Shown here: positions 22,822 through 34,800 of the stretch, in pieces
How the letters are laid out: the number at the start of each line of letters is the position of its first letter
How positions within the stretch are numbered: the stretch's first letter is position 1
Origin: Tubiluchus corallicola
Taxonomy: Eukaryota; Animalia; Priapulida
Length of the DNA: 64,000 nucleotides
NCBI GenBank assembly: GCA_030141605.1
Contig: JAQGDQ010000053.1
Span: 682,001 to 746,000 of the forward strand
Direction: 5' to 3'
Notes under the pieces: generated by a model
Told to the model about the DNA's origin: nothing
The model's database searches: none
What the model saw: only the letters and a program-made list of their open reading frames with translations
Translations under genes and position numbers: made by a program

Positions 22822-25800
22822 GTAAGTCATAAAAGTAAGTGATCATGGTATTTTGGTAATCTGTCGTTTTGGCGTCCCTGATATTGCTGGACATTTTTAG
22901 GTTAGGGTTTTCGTTTTCGACATACTGTTTTCGTTTTTACTTTCCTGAATCTTTTGAATGCTTTGGCTTGAAGGACTATGGCAAACTAGTAGTCTTTTAA
23001 TTTTTTACTTTCACGTAACGAACGACCTGTGTATCTGCTATAGCAGCCGAACTTTTGGGTTCTGTACTACGAATGCCTATTTACGGTTGATAGTGATGCA
23101 TCATCTTAGCTGGTTATTGGCCAGTTACAAATTTAGTTTACGTGCGAAACACAAGTGAGTCATATTGATATGGCGGTTCTCTGTTTTGTCTTACTAATAG
23201 TAATAGGCAGAAAATTGCTCTTAGTTATTACACTAATAAAAAAAATTCAAACGTAATTTATGAATTAAACAGCGCCAGTATACATGCGTGTTGTTAGTTT
23301 TATCAACTTTACCCCTTTTGCAAAGTTGCTCTTTTGTTTTCAGCTTCTTTGTTTTTGCGTTGCGCTCATCTTTCTACTTATAACCTCGTTGCTTTGCGAG
23401 TTACAATAAAGTTGTTAAATTTATTCTTGTCGTCTTGGTGTTTGAGACAAAGCTGGTACATTCTTTAATTAATGGCATGGTGGCTGCCGGTGTGACTACG
23501 AACTACGTACTCAGAAAAGCCAGTGGACCTTATAATTGGTTTGTCGAGAGTGTACATGCATCTGTCTAAATCTAACCAAAACCAGTCAGCTTATTCCATA
23601 GCTGTAAAGACGTAAGAATTCAAATTTATCAGCGCAATTTTCGAAAGAACTAGTATTAATAAACACTCTCAATTTGTGTTAGAATATGGCCACTACTCGT
23701 GCTCCAAAACAGTGGTGTCTGACAAAACAAGAGACAATTACATCATTTGAAGCATGGCGCCAAAATTTGCAATACACTCTATCGCTAGATCAGAATTTTG
23801 CAGAATTTTTACTTGAAGGTGCGACCTGGCATAAGAAAACAAATGCAGCACCTTTACGAGGTCTGCAAGATGATGATGAAAACGTTCCCATTGCAAACCG
23901 CCGAACAGCCGCACAAAAGACCACTCATCTGGACTTAATGCTGGGACAGATTGCCAACTATTGTCCGATTATTTCGAGAAATTCCATTGTCAAAAACTCA
24001 ACATCATTGACTCGTATATGGCAAACAATTAGACAGCATTTCGGATTCCAAACAACAGGTGGTCATTTTTTGGATTTTAATAATATTCATATGCAGCCAG
24101 ACGAACGTCCAGAAGATCTTTTCCAGCGTTTAAATAGTTTCATTGAGGATAACCTCTTACGCGCTGCAGGTGGTATACAGCATCACGGTGAGAATCCAAT
24201 TAGTGATGAGGAAATTACACCTACCTTAGAGAACCTAATCATTCTGACTTGGCTTCGACTTTTACATCCTGGGCTACCCAGCTTAGTCAAGCAAAAGTAC
24301 GGTACAGAGCTAAGATCAAAAACACTTGCCTCACTGAAGCCAGAAATTTCATTGGCACTAGATTCTTTGCTAGAGGAACTTCAGGCATCAGCCGATGCTA
24401 AAGTGTTACGCACAGCCTTCCGACAGTTTCCAGATTATTCCAAACGCAAACAGCCGTTGATTCGGAAAAAGCAACCGCGTCGTTCAACAAAAATTTGCCC
24501 GTTATGCAAACAAGCGGGTCGTGCTAAATTTCAACATTTTCTCAGTACGTGCCAGTACCTACCAGAGGAAGATAAGGAATATTTTGCCAGAGCCCGTCAG
24601 ACCATCAGCTTTGAGGAAGACTACAGTCAAGACAGTGCAGATAGTTGTCATAACATTGACACAACAGAGCCTGACGCCGGTGACGATGATGAGTGTGCTT
24701 CCCATAATCTCCGTTGTGTGTCTACCGCACATCGAGTCAGCACAAAACAATCTCCTCATTTGAAAGTTTTCTACAAACATCATCCAATCTACATAACCCT
24801 AGACACGGGTGCTGAAACCAGCATGATCAAAGAAGCTATTGCCCATCTAATTGGTGTTCCTATTCAGCCGCTTTGCAAGCTGATGGGGTTACACCATTGG
24901 ACATCATAGGTGAAACACGCATAACCGTTACTCGAAATGCTCACAATCTCTGTTTAGAAGCCCTAGTAGTGCGTAATTTGGATGTTGATATCTTGGCTGG
25001 AACTCCTTTCCTCATAGCTAACGATATCTCAGTTCGTCCCGCTCGGAAAGAAGTTTGCATAAAAGGCTCAGACACTGCTAAATATGATATTCCCCCTGCC
25101 AACACCTCCAAAAGTAGTATTTGCTATGCCCATGTTCTGCGTGCACCCTCAACTCCTACTATGATCTGGCCTGGCGAGTACTTAGAGTTATCAGTCCCCT
25201 CTTCTGTGGACCCTGACAGCCCTTTAGCCGTAGAGCCTCATACCGACTATGCCAAAACCACCTCACTATGGCCTCAACCTGACATAATTGAAGCTGTAGC
25301 AGGAAAAATCCGCATACCAAATATTTCTTCTTATCCACTTACAATACCCAAACACGCACACATTTGCAAGACCTATTCGGTAACTAGTTCCAAACTTACT
25401 ACTAATAGCCAGGATTCCCAAAACCTACCCCAGGCTCAAATGCATAACGCCAAGCAGAACCCACCAGTTTGTTACTCAGATGCCGTCACTGTTGACCCAG
25501 ATAACATCCTAAGCCCGCAATCTCATGCCAACTTCAAGAAGCTACTACAAGACTATGATGGCATTTTTAGCCCCAATATCAGTGGATACAATGGTGCTGC
25601 TGGCAAGTTCGCATCCAAAGTCAATATGGGTCCCGTACAGCCCCCACAGCGCAAGGGCAGAGTACCTCAATACTCACGAGATAAACTCATAGAGCTGCAA
25701 GCAAAGTTTGATGAGCTTGAAGCACAGGGTGTAGTCCGTCGCCCTGAAGATGTTAATGTTACTGTCGAATACCTAAACCCCTCATTCTTAGTCAAAAAGC

Positions 25801-28800
25801 GCAGATGTGGTCATCGTCTTGTAACAGCCTTTTCAGATGTTGGCAGATATAGCAAGCCCCAGCCATCTTTAATGCCTGATGCCAACACTATCCTACAAAC
25901 TATCGCCCGTTGGCGTTACATCATTGTATCTGACCTAACTGATGCTTTCTATCAGATTCCATTAGAACATTCTTCTCTGAAATATTGTGGGGTAGCTACT
26001 CCATTCCGTGGCATCAGAGTGTACACCAGATGTGCCATGGGCATGCCTGGTTCTGAAACGGCACTAGAAGAATTAATGTGTCGGATCCTCGGTGACTCTC
26101 TCCAAGATGGCTTTGTTTCTAAATTAGCAGATGACCTCTATTGTGGAGGTGATACCCCTGAAGAACTCTTGGACAATTGGCATCGGGTTCTTGACGCTCT
26201 TCACAAGTCTAACATCCACTTATCTCCCACAAAGACTATCATCTGTCCAAAGTCAACCACCATACTAGGATGGATTTGGACACAAGGCAACATTGCCGCT
26301 AGCCCTCACCGCATAGCCACCTTATCAACATGCCCTGCACCAGATACAGTCCATGGTCTTCGATCATTTATTGGTGCATATAAAGTACTTGGACGTGTCT
26401 TACCTGGCTGTTCCCTTGTGTTAGCCCCTCTAGAGGATGCCATCGCTGGACTGCAGTCACGTGACAAGCTGCAGTGGACCGATGAATTACACCACCATTT
26501 TGCCGCTGCCCAAAAGGCTCTATCTATGCACAAATCCATTATTTTACCAGTACCTTCAGATCAGCTGTGGATAGTAACTGATGGATCTGTCACTAAAAGG
26601 GGAATTGGTGCTACTTTGTATGTTACCCGCAATTCCAAATTATTTCTTGCCGGATTCTTCAGTGCCAAGTTACGCAAACACCAGGTTACATGGTTACCTT
26701 GTGAGGTAGAAGCCTTGTGCATTGCTGCTGCTGTCAAACATTTTAGTCCTTTTATTATACAGTCGACTTCTCACCCCTGCGTACTAACGGACAGCAAACC
26801 ATGTGTTCAAGCTATAGAAAAGCTTTGTAGAGGCGAATTTTCCGCCAGTCCTCGTGTCACGTCATTTTTATCCACCGTAAGCCGCTACCAGGTAACTGTC
26901 CGGCACCTCTCAGGAAATGCCAATATTCCTTCGGATTTTGCAAGCAGAAATGTACCTGAGTGCAACGAACCACATTGTCAGATCTGCTCATTTATCATAC
27001 AGACCGAAGATTCTGTTGTCCGTTCCGCCTCAGTGCAGGACATCATCAATTGTACTGCTCCTTGCCCTTTACCACCAGATCAGCATGGAGGGACATCCAG
27101 TCTGGCTGTCCAGATTTGCATCGCACTCATGCCCACCTTCGGCAAGGAACGCGTCCGTCAAAGAAATGCACTAACATCAAAGATGTTAAAAGGTACCTCA
27201 ATGCCGCTACAATTGCTAAGGATGGCTTATTGGTTGTGCGTCGTCATGAGCCATTGCACCCTTCCATGGAGCTCATCGTGGTTCCACGTTCTGTTCTGGA
27301 AGGCCTTCTCACAGCTCTTCACATAAAGCTTAGTCACCCTACAAAGCTTCAGCTCGTTGCCAGGCGCCACTTCTTTGCTTTAGACATGTCAAAGTCCATT
27401 GATCGAGTTACTGACTCATGCCACATGTGCTCGTCTCTGAAAAAGTTTCCCCAAAGTCTTATTAGCCAGTCATCTGATTCTCCTCCCAATGCTGTTGGTC
27501 TGTCCTTTGCTGCGGACATTCTTAAACGTCATCGCCAACTTATCCTAGTAGTGCGAGAAACATCCACTTCTTTTACGAATGCATGCATCGTGCCAGATGA
27601 AAGAAGCGACACCTTTCGTGAAGCTCTTGCTTGCCTTTGCTTAGATCTTCACCCTCCAGATGGCCCTCCTGCAGTAGTCAGAGTGGATCCTGCTCCTGGC
27701 TTTCGTGCTCTTTCCAATGACAGCACTCTTCTGCAACTTGGTCTTTCTCTGGAAATTGGACGTATCAAAAATCCAAATAAGAACCCAGTTGCAGAGCGTG
27801 CGATCCAGGAATTGGAAGAAGAACTTTTGCGCCACGAACCTGGAGGTGGACCCGTATCCCGTTTAGGTTTGTCTATGGCTCTCGCTCGCCTAAATTCTCG
27901 CATCCGCCATGGCGGTTTGTCCTCCCGGGAGTTATGGACACAGCGCGACCAGTTCTCTCATGATCAGCTACCCATTTCTGACAGAGATACTCTCATATCC
28001 CAACACATGCAGCGCCAGGCCAATCACTCACACAGCGAATCCTCTAAATGTCCCAGTAGACGAAATCCTAATCACCCTGTTATCAATATAGGAGACTTGG
28101 TCTACCTTTACTCAGATCGCGATAAATCCCAGGCACGCAGCAGGTATCTTGTCACTGGTATTGATGGGGAATGGCTCTTTCTAAAAAAATTTACTGGTTC
28201 GCAATTGCGTGCCTCATCTTATAAAGTAAAGCACTCTGAATGTTATTTAGTTCCGACCCACACAGACCATGACAAGTATCCTCCGCCTCTGTTAAAACAT
28301 AGTTTCTGCGATGATGACAATGACTCCGAGGCCGTGTCTGCCTTTCCAATTCCCCATCAGCCATTGATACCCATCACTCTTTCTTCACCCCCATCTGACA
28401 GCTATACAGACAAGGCATCTGCTGTCCCTCAGCAGTTGTTCCCGACTTGCGACACTTCAACCGAGCAATCTATCCCTCCAGCCACCGATTATTCTCATCC
28501 AAAACGCAGTCGTCGCCCCCCAAAATATCTTGCTGACTACGTTACCTGAATTTTATCCTTTTTCTTCAGCATTTACATATCAAGTTGTAAGTGTGCCCTT
28601 TTGACTTTATAATGTAAGTTACACACAAATTTTGTATTGCGTTTTTGAGTAACATAATCCGATAATATTACCCTAAATCATTGACTTCATGCTAAGTTCT
28701 ATTATAGTCGTGCTGTATTTCTTTGGTCATCTGTGTATTACCTCTTTCTATATGTAATACTGTGACAGCTATCGTTAATGCACTTATATTCGCATTACTG

Positions 28801-31800
28801 TACAAGCACATACTGTTTTCATGATAAACAACGTATATTAATGTTGTGCACCGCACATCGTAGTTTGCGATAGTTCATAAATTACATTCTATATCGTTTG
28901 TATTGTAATTCTAGTTACAAGTTTCACCTTTTGTGTCATATTACATGTATACTAAATGTTGTTTGATTTTGTTTCTAGCCATCGGTTAAGAAAAAGGAAA
29001 AGAGAAGCCGCGCCAGTATACATGCGTGTTGTTAGTTTTATCAACTTTACCCCTTTTGCAAAGTTGCTCTTTTGTTTTCAGCTTCTTTGTTTTTGCGTTG
29101 CGCTCATCTTTCTACTTATAACCTCGTTGCTTTGCGAGTTACAATAAAGTTGTTAAATTTATTCTTGTCGTCTTGGTGTTTGAGACAAAGCTGGTACATT
29201 CTTTAATTAATGGCGCAGTTTGATTATTTTATTTACCGATTGGTTCCAACTTAATGATTTTAATTAGCCCCAAAATAGATCGATACAAGACAAAAAAATT
29301 GGTACCATACATACGTATCGCTATATTTTGCCAACCATATATTTTAGATATTTTGCTTAGCTCAGTGCAAGCAAGTACAACCCCAGCTGTGTGTCAATTT
29401 ATGTAACTACAAGCCCATTTGTGTGTGTATTTGAGGGTTTATAAGCCTAGTGTGAACATACAGTATAATACTGTTTAGGGTCTTGAGTGATGTTTCAGGA
29501 GAAAAGGTGGCTACAAAATTGCAGTTGGGCCATGCCTTTCTGCTTGTGACTGTTTACTTTATTGAGGAAGCTTATATTTATAACTGATTGTGCTTAAGAC
29601 ACATTTCCTGATTGCCCGCTTGATCTTAAATCAGTTATCTTTAATAATGAGAGAAGTACTGGTTCTGCCATACCCTTTTACATTAAATAAGCCCTGCCAC
29701 TGATTGATGAATACTGGTTTGCAGAGTGTGGACTATGTAAAAATACTGATATTGAAGTTATATTTTTGTATAGCATTGGTTCGCGAGTTATAGCATCACC
29801 TTATCATTTATCATGGATGTGCCTTGGACAGCTAGAAAAGTTGCCTACGAAAATTACTCAGGTTATTATTTTAAAATGCTTTTTTAAGTATCGGTAATCT
29901 GGCTATTTTTTGCTTTTTTGTTATTTGAATTGTGGAGTGATTTGATCATGTTAATAAGATACAAAATACTTAAAAATAGTTTATTTTATTGAGTCACTTA
30001 TTGGTTAATTATCTAATCGATTAGTTGGTAATTAATTCACTGAAAGAAATATTTTAACTGTAAATTGTTCTTTCATATGAACTGTAAGTTTTATTAATTC
30101 TGGCTATTAAAACATCTCTTGTTGTGAGTTATTTGACACTAATTGATTAATTAATTAACTAAAGCATAATACCCTCTTGTGCAAACATTCATATGGTGCT
30201 TTTTTGCCCCCGCTATACGGATGAGAGTTCAGAGCTCTTTCTTAGGGTACATAGCTTAGATGGTTAGAGTAACTGTTCATAATCTACTAGTTTTAGATTT
30301 TGAATTATTGACAGTTTTTCAGCATTACATCTTTCTGCAACAAATTTGCCGCATTGCTAATTGTTCTTTAATTTAAACCATAATGCTTATTAATTCTGAC
30401 TGATGACAGTTAAAACATGTCTTTTGTTGAAGCAAAGTTGCAGCTTTTTGATTTGTTTCTTTATTTTGCTATTGATGTATATTCTAGAACTTGGATTTGA
30501 AATCTATGAAAAAAAGCGCGGAATTCAAGCTATTACTTTATGAAGCTGCGATTCATCATATGTCATCTGCAACTGTAAAGGTTAGTCTTTCGTAGAAACA
30601 TGTATTATTTTTGTTCTTTGTCCCTGTTCTCTCATTTGATTGTTATACATATGCTTTCTATTACAGCTGCTATGCCCAAAATTGATCTTTGTAAATTCTT
30701 TGTTAAATTGATCATGCGGAAATCACAAGTTAAAAAAACCTCACCTATCAGAAAGCACTAAGCTAGCTCATAGCAAAGACTTGAAAGCTTTTAGCAAGGC
30801 TGCCTAATTTCCTTCTTTTGGTATTCTTGTCTTGTTTTGTTTCAATATAGGTATTTTCAATTAAAAGATGCCAGCTCAGTGTGAGTGTACATGCTAAAAA
30901 TGTTTAGTATAAGGATATAAGGGTTAGAATACTGAAGGGACATATATGACAAAGAGGTGATTCGTCAATGTGAACATAGTGTTTGCAACAAGGTCTTCAT
31001 GGCAGGAGCACTGGTCCTGTACTGGGGAAAATCCCACAGTAGAGTACCAGCACACTGGTGACTTTATCATACAGACATCTGTGACACTCCCAACCAATGT
31101 GTTACTGGTGAGACTCCCTGGTGAATCTCTGAAAGAGTGTGTCTTGCATTCTAAAGTTTTTGTTTTTGTGCTCTAGGAGTTGTATTCTTGTTTCTCAGGA
31201 CAATGGCGATTAGAAAATGGTCAAACATCTCCTTCCTTATTATCAGTAACTACAAAGAATTTCTTGTGCAAGTTGTTATTGAAAGATATATTACTGGCAC
31301 ATCAGATTATTACATGTATTTCCGACGATGTTGCTTCTGATCATAATGCCAGTCTGCAAAGCATCTACCACGAAGCCGTACAAACCAATATATGCATTTT
31401 AAAGGATGCTGCTGCTGCAAAAAGCGAGGATGAATTTGATGAGCCTGGTCAGGCGTCTAAACGCATAGAAGCTGTCCAAAAAGCTCTGCGCTCTATTTAT
31501 CGTCTTTTAGTTCTGTTTTCCCCAAAAACGTACATGAGCAAATTGCCAATAATGGAGCTAATGTGTAAATTTAAATATTCTGGAGATGGTAAAGACGAAA
31601 TCAAACTTGATCCTTATGCCATCTGTGCAGCATTAGTTAGTAATCACTCATCATTTTTAATGGATTGTTACGTCTCAAGTAAAACTACATCGAGCTTCGA
31701 TGACTTGGTGAAATTGTTCCAAAATGAAAAGAGGGAAAGTGTGTGGTCTGATGTATTTCTCTACTGTGTCTATTCTGGACGGCACTTCTTGGAAGATTAT

Positions 31801-34800
31801 GTTGTAAGTACAAGATATTTTTCTATCAATAATGTTTTGGAAATCAGTAGTTGTAGTTTAGGCAAAACTCACTTTACTTAGTGTCATCGTTAAAGTTTTT
31901 CTGCGTGTATTTTTTCTGCTATATTTATAATTAGAACTAGCTTCAATGTTCAATAAAAACTTTGGTAAAATACTGCAATTTTTTTAATAATATCCATTGT
32001 TGAGGTATCTGTCATATATAGCTTATATCAAAAGTATTAAAGCCATTGTTTAAATTTTTGAAGTACCTCTTAAACTTCTAATGATTTCTAATAAATTTTG
32101 AAGAAATTGCTAGCAAAATTCCTTTGGTCACAGGGTTTAATTTACCAGGTATCCCATTGCAAAATGAGATGCATTTTGAAATTTAACCCTATTTGCTGAG
32201 CAGTTTTTTTCTCTTCATTGTTGCTGGTGTGATGCATTTACTCCATAAAGCGGTATTCAGTTTAGAATTTAATACAACTGGCATTATATTTCCGTTTTTC
32301 TGTATTTTTTCCATGGGTATTTTTAGAGTATTAGGCTCACACAGCATGCAGCCGGAATAGAGCTGTATTTTTAGATCAAGATTATGTGTCAAAAAATCTG
32401 TAATTTTACTGATCCAATATGTCAATCAGTTTTGCTGTTTGCATTGTAGTAAATCAGTATAGGAGTTGTCATTTTACTCTTTTAAAGTTTAAAGGCTTAT
32501 TTTGGAAGCTATATTGGACAGAGTTGTCCTGATGTATCTTGACTGTTGAGAGCTTGACTATTTGTCCTTGACGTCAACGCTTACGTACAATGGCTATGAT
32601 TATAGGTATTTTTTTGAATTTCAGGAAAAGGCATTACAATGTGTGAGTGATGACAATTTTCATGAGCTACAAGCTCTTATGTTACCCATAGAATTTTCTT
32701 GTTTGAGGCCGCTTTTGGTTTTATTAGCTTGGAAACACTGCAGCACAATTACAAAAGCAGAGGCTGTTTTGCAGGCATTATGGTTAACAGACCGTGAAAA
32801 GGTATTTCTGGAGTGATTAGGGAAAATTTCCTGTAATTCTGTTAAAAGTAAACTAAATAGTGCTTGAAGTTCTGTTATCATTCAATTAATTAAATAAGAG
32901 TACTAATTTTCACGCTTAAAAAATTTCCTGTGTGGATTTTTGCTTATTATATGTCTTTATTCTTGCAGAATAAAAACTGTGATAAGGCATTAGCTTTAGC
33001 CTGTGATAAAATGGTATGTGATATGAATGTGATTCAGTGGTGCCTAGAAAGATTGCAGGGGTAAGTGGTATTTTTAATAATATTAATATCAACAGTTTTT
33101 ATCAACGTATATAATTTATTAATGCCTACTGTTGCATTGCATTTAACTAAGATTTTATTTGCACTTGGATTTTGGTTTTGTTTTCATAGATTTGCGGCAA
33201 TGATTATATTTTTCTGTTAATTATGTGTCTGCATTTTGGTAAACAATAATTTGTTCTACCAGTAGGCCAAAAAGATAGCGAAAGTGCATGATGAGAACTT
33301 TAAAACATTAAAACAAATGCATGTACACTTGACTAACTTAAGCAATAACAATGCTTAGCTGTATACATATTTTGTAAATGAGATCGAGTATTGGTTCTCA
33401 ACTAGTATGTTACAAAGAAAATTTAAGCTTTGATATTTGACTTACCAAAGCGTAATTCCAAGTATCGGCTAATTCTTTGAATAAGTATTTAACTGCAAAA
33501 ATGTTTAAAATTGATTTTAGTAGTAAATTGATTTGTGATGAAATCAATGGTATAAGAAGTGGCAATTAAACTTGTTATATAAATACCAAAATGTTTTCTT
33601 TGTTTATTTAGTTAATATGAGTTTTGATGAATGTATTGTCAATAGGCGTAGTCCAGTGGTGTCGTCTTATCCGTACCAGCGTGCGCTGCAAGTCCTACAT
33701 TGTCCTGACCACCATTCGGCACTTTGGATAATGCATCATGTTTCTCAACTATCTGGTCTTTCTCAAGAAGAAGTGATAGAATTTTTGAGAAATTCCGATG
33801 CAAAAGGTATTTCACCTGACAACTTATTGATTTTACTTTGGCATCAAGTGGAATATGTTGTGGTTTTGCAGCTTCTGTTCTCAGAATGTCACATGTAGAC
33901 AAACAATGAGTTTTCTACTTTGATGACTCTACATATTGTTTTAATAGATGACAAATTCAAAAAGGCTGAAACATTTGCGAGCGATGTGGCCATTTTTACT
34001 GCTTACTGGGGTCTGAAGAGCTTCATGGATGCTATCTTCTACAGTGCAAATTTAGAACGAGAGCTGCTCTGTCAGATGCGATCCTCAAGTTTTGCTGACG
34101 AGTGTCGTGACAACCATGCTTTTACAACTGCTTCATCTAGTATAAAATGCAGTAACAATATTCAGGTGTATCAGCAAATGTATAATGAGTATGTGACAGC
34201 AAATATAGAGCATGGAATCGAACTTGTTTGCCATGTTTATCCTTTATGCTTTAGGTTTGTTTTGAACTTTTAATTTTGTGTTGGATGATTTAAAATTAAG
34301 AAACTTTCTTTTGTGTGTTTGTTAAGAAATTTTGTTTGTTTTGCATTGCAAAAACGATTAAAGTTTTAGTTCATACAGTTTTGCTAAATTCACAAAAATA
34401 CTTTTGACATTTAGAATGGCATAACTGTAAAAATTATATCAACTGTGTGACTGGGGTTTCATGCTTTTGTAGTTTTGTTAATTAGAATTTTCACAAGTTT
34501 AGACTCATATTCAAGAAGTATAATATTTCAATAAATGCTATTATTTACTTGCAGTATACATATGCAGCAACTACTTACAAGTATCTTGCAATATATAATT
34601 CTCTGTGTTCTCACTGTTTTGTCAACATGACTTGACAATTTAGGTTGGAACTATTGGAAGACATTTTCTCACTGTTGTTCGTTCGTCATGAACAGTTAGA
34701 TGAAGATGCAGCTGCTGATAGTGGTGAAGAAGAAACAAATGATGAGGATGAAAAGCAGAGAAGTTGTGAAACAAGTTTTGACAGCGCATTAAGAACTTCA

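Larger units (their letters stand above)
23272..29214 (+). mobile_element. Ty3/Gypsy LTR retrotransposon (~5.94 kb) in ZFYVE26 intron 1
   Basis: Two identical 205-bp LTRs, PBS-like and PPT elements, gag-PR-RT-RH-INT order. Confidence 0.96.

Noticed and set aside
28550-28987. Possible env or accessory gene after pol
   Set aside because: Only ~440 bp, AT-rich, with no substantial ORF; the 63-aa ORF at 28956 is LTR sequence.
29211-29222. TGGCGCAGT after the 3' LTR as a tRNA-Ser-type PBS of a second tandem element
   Set aside because: The match is only about 9 nt and no gag or internal sequence follows; it is better explained as LTR end plus target site.
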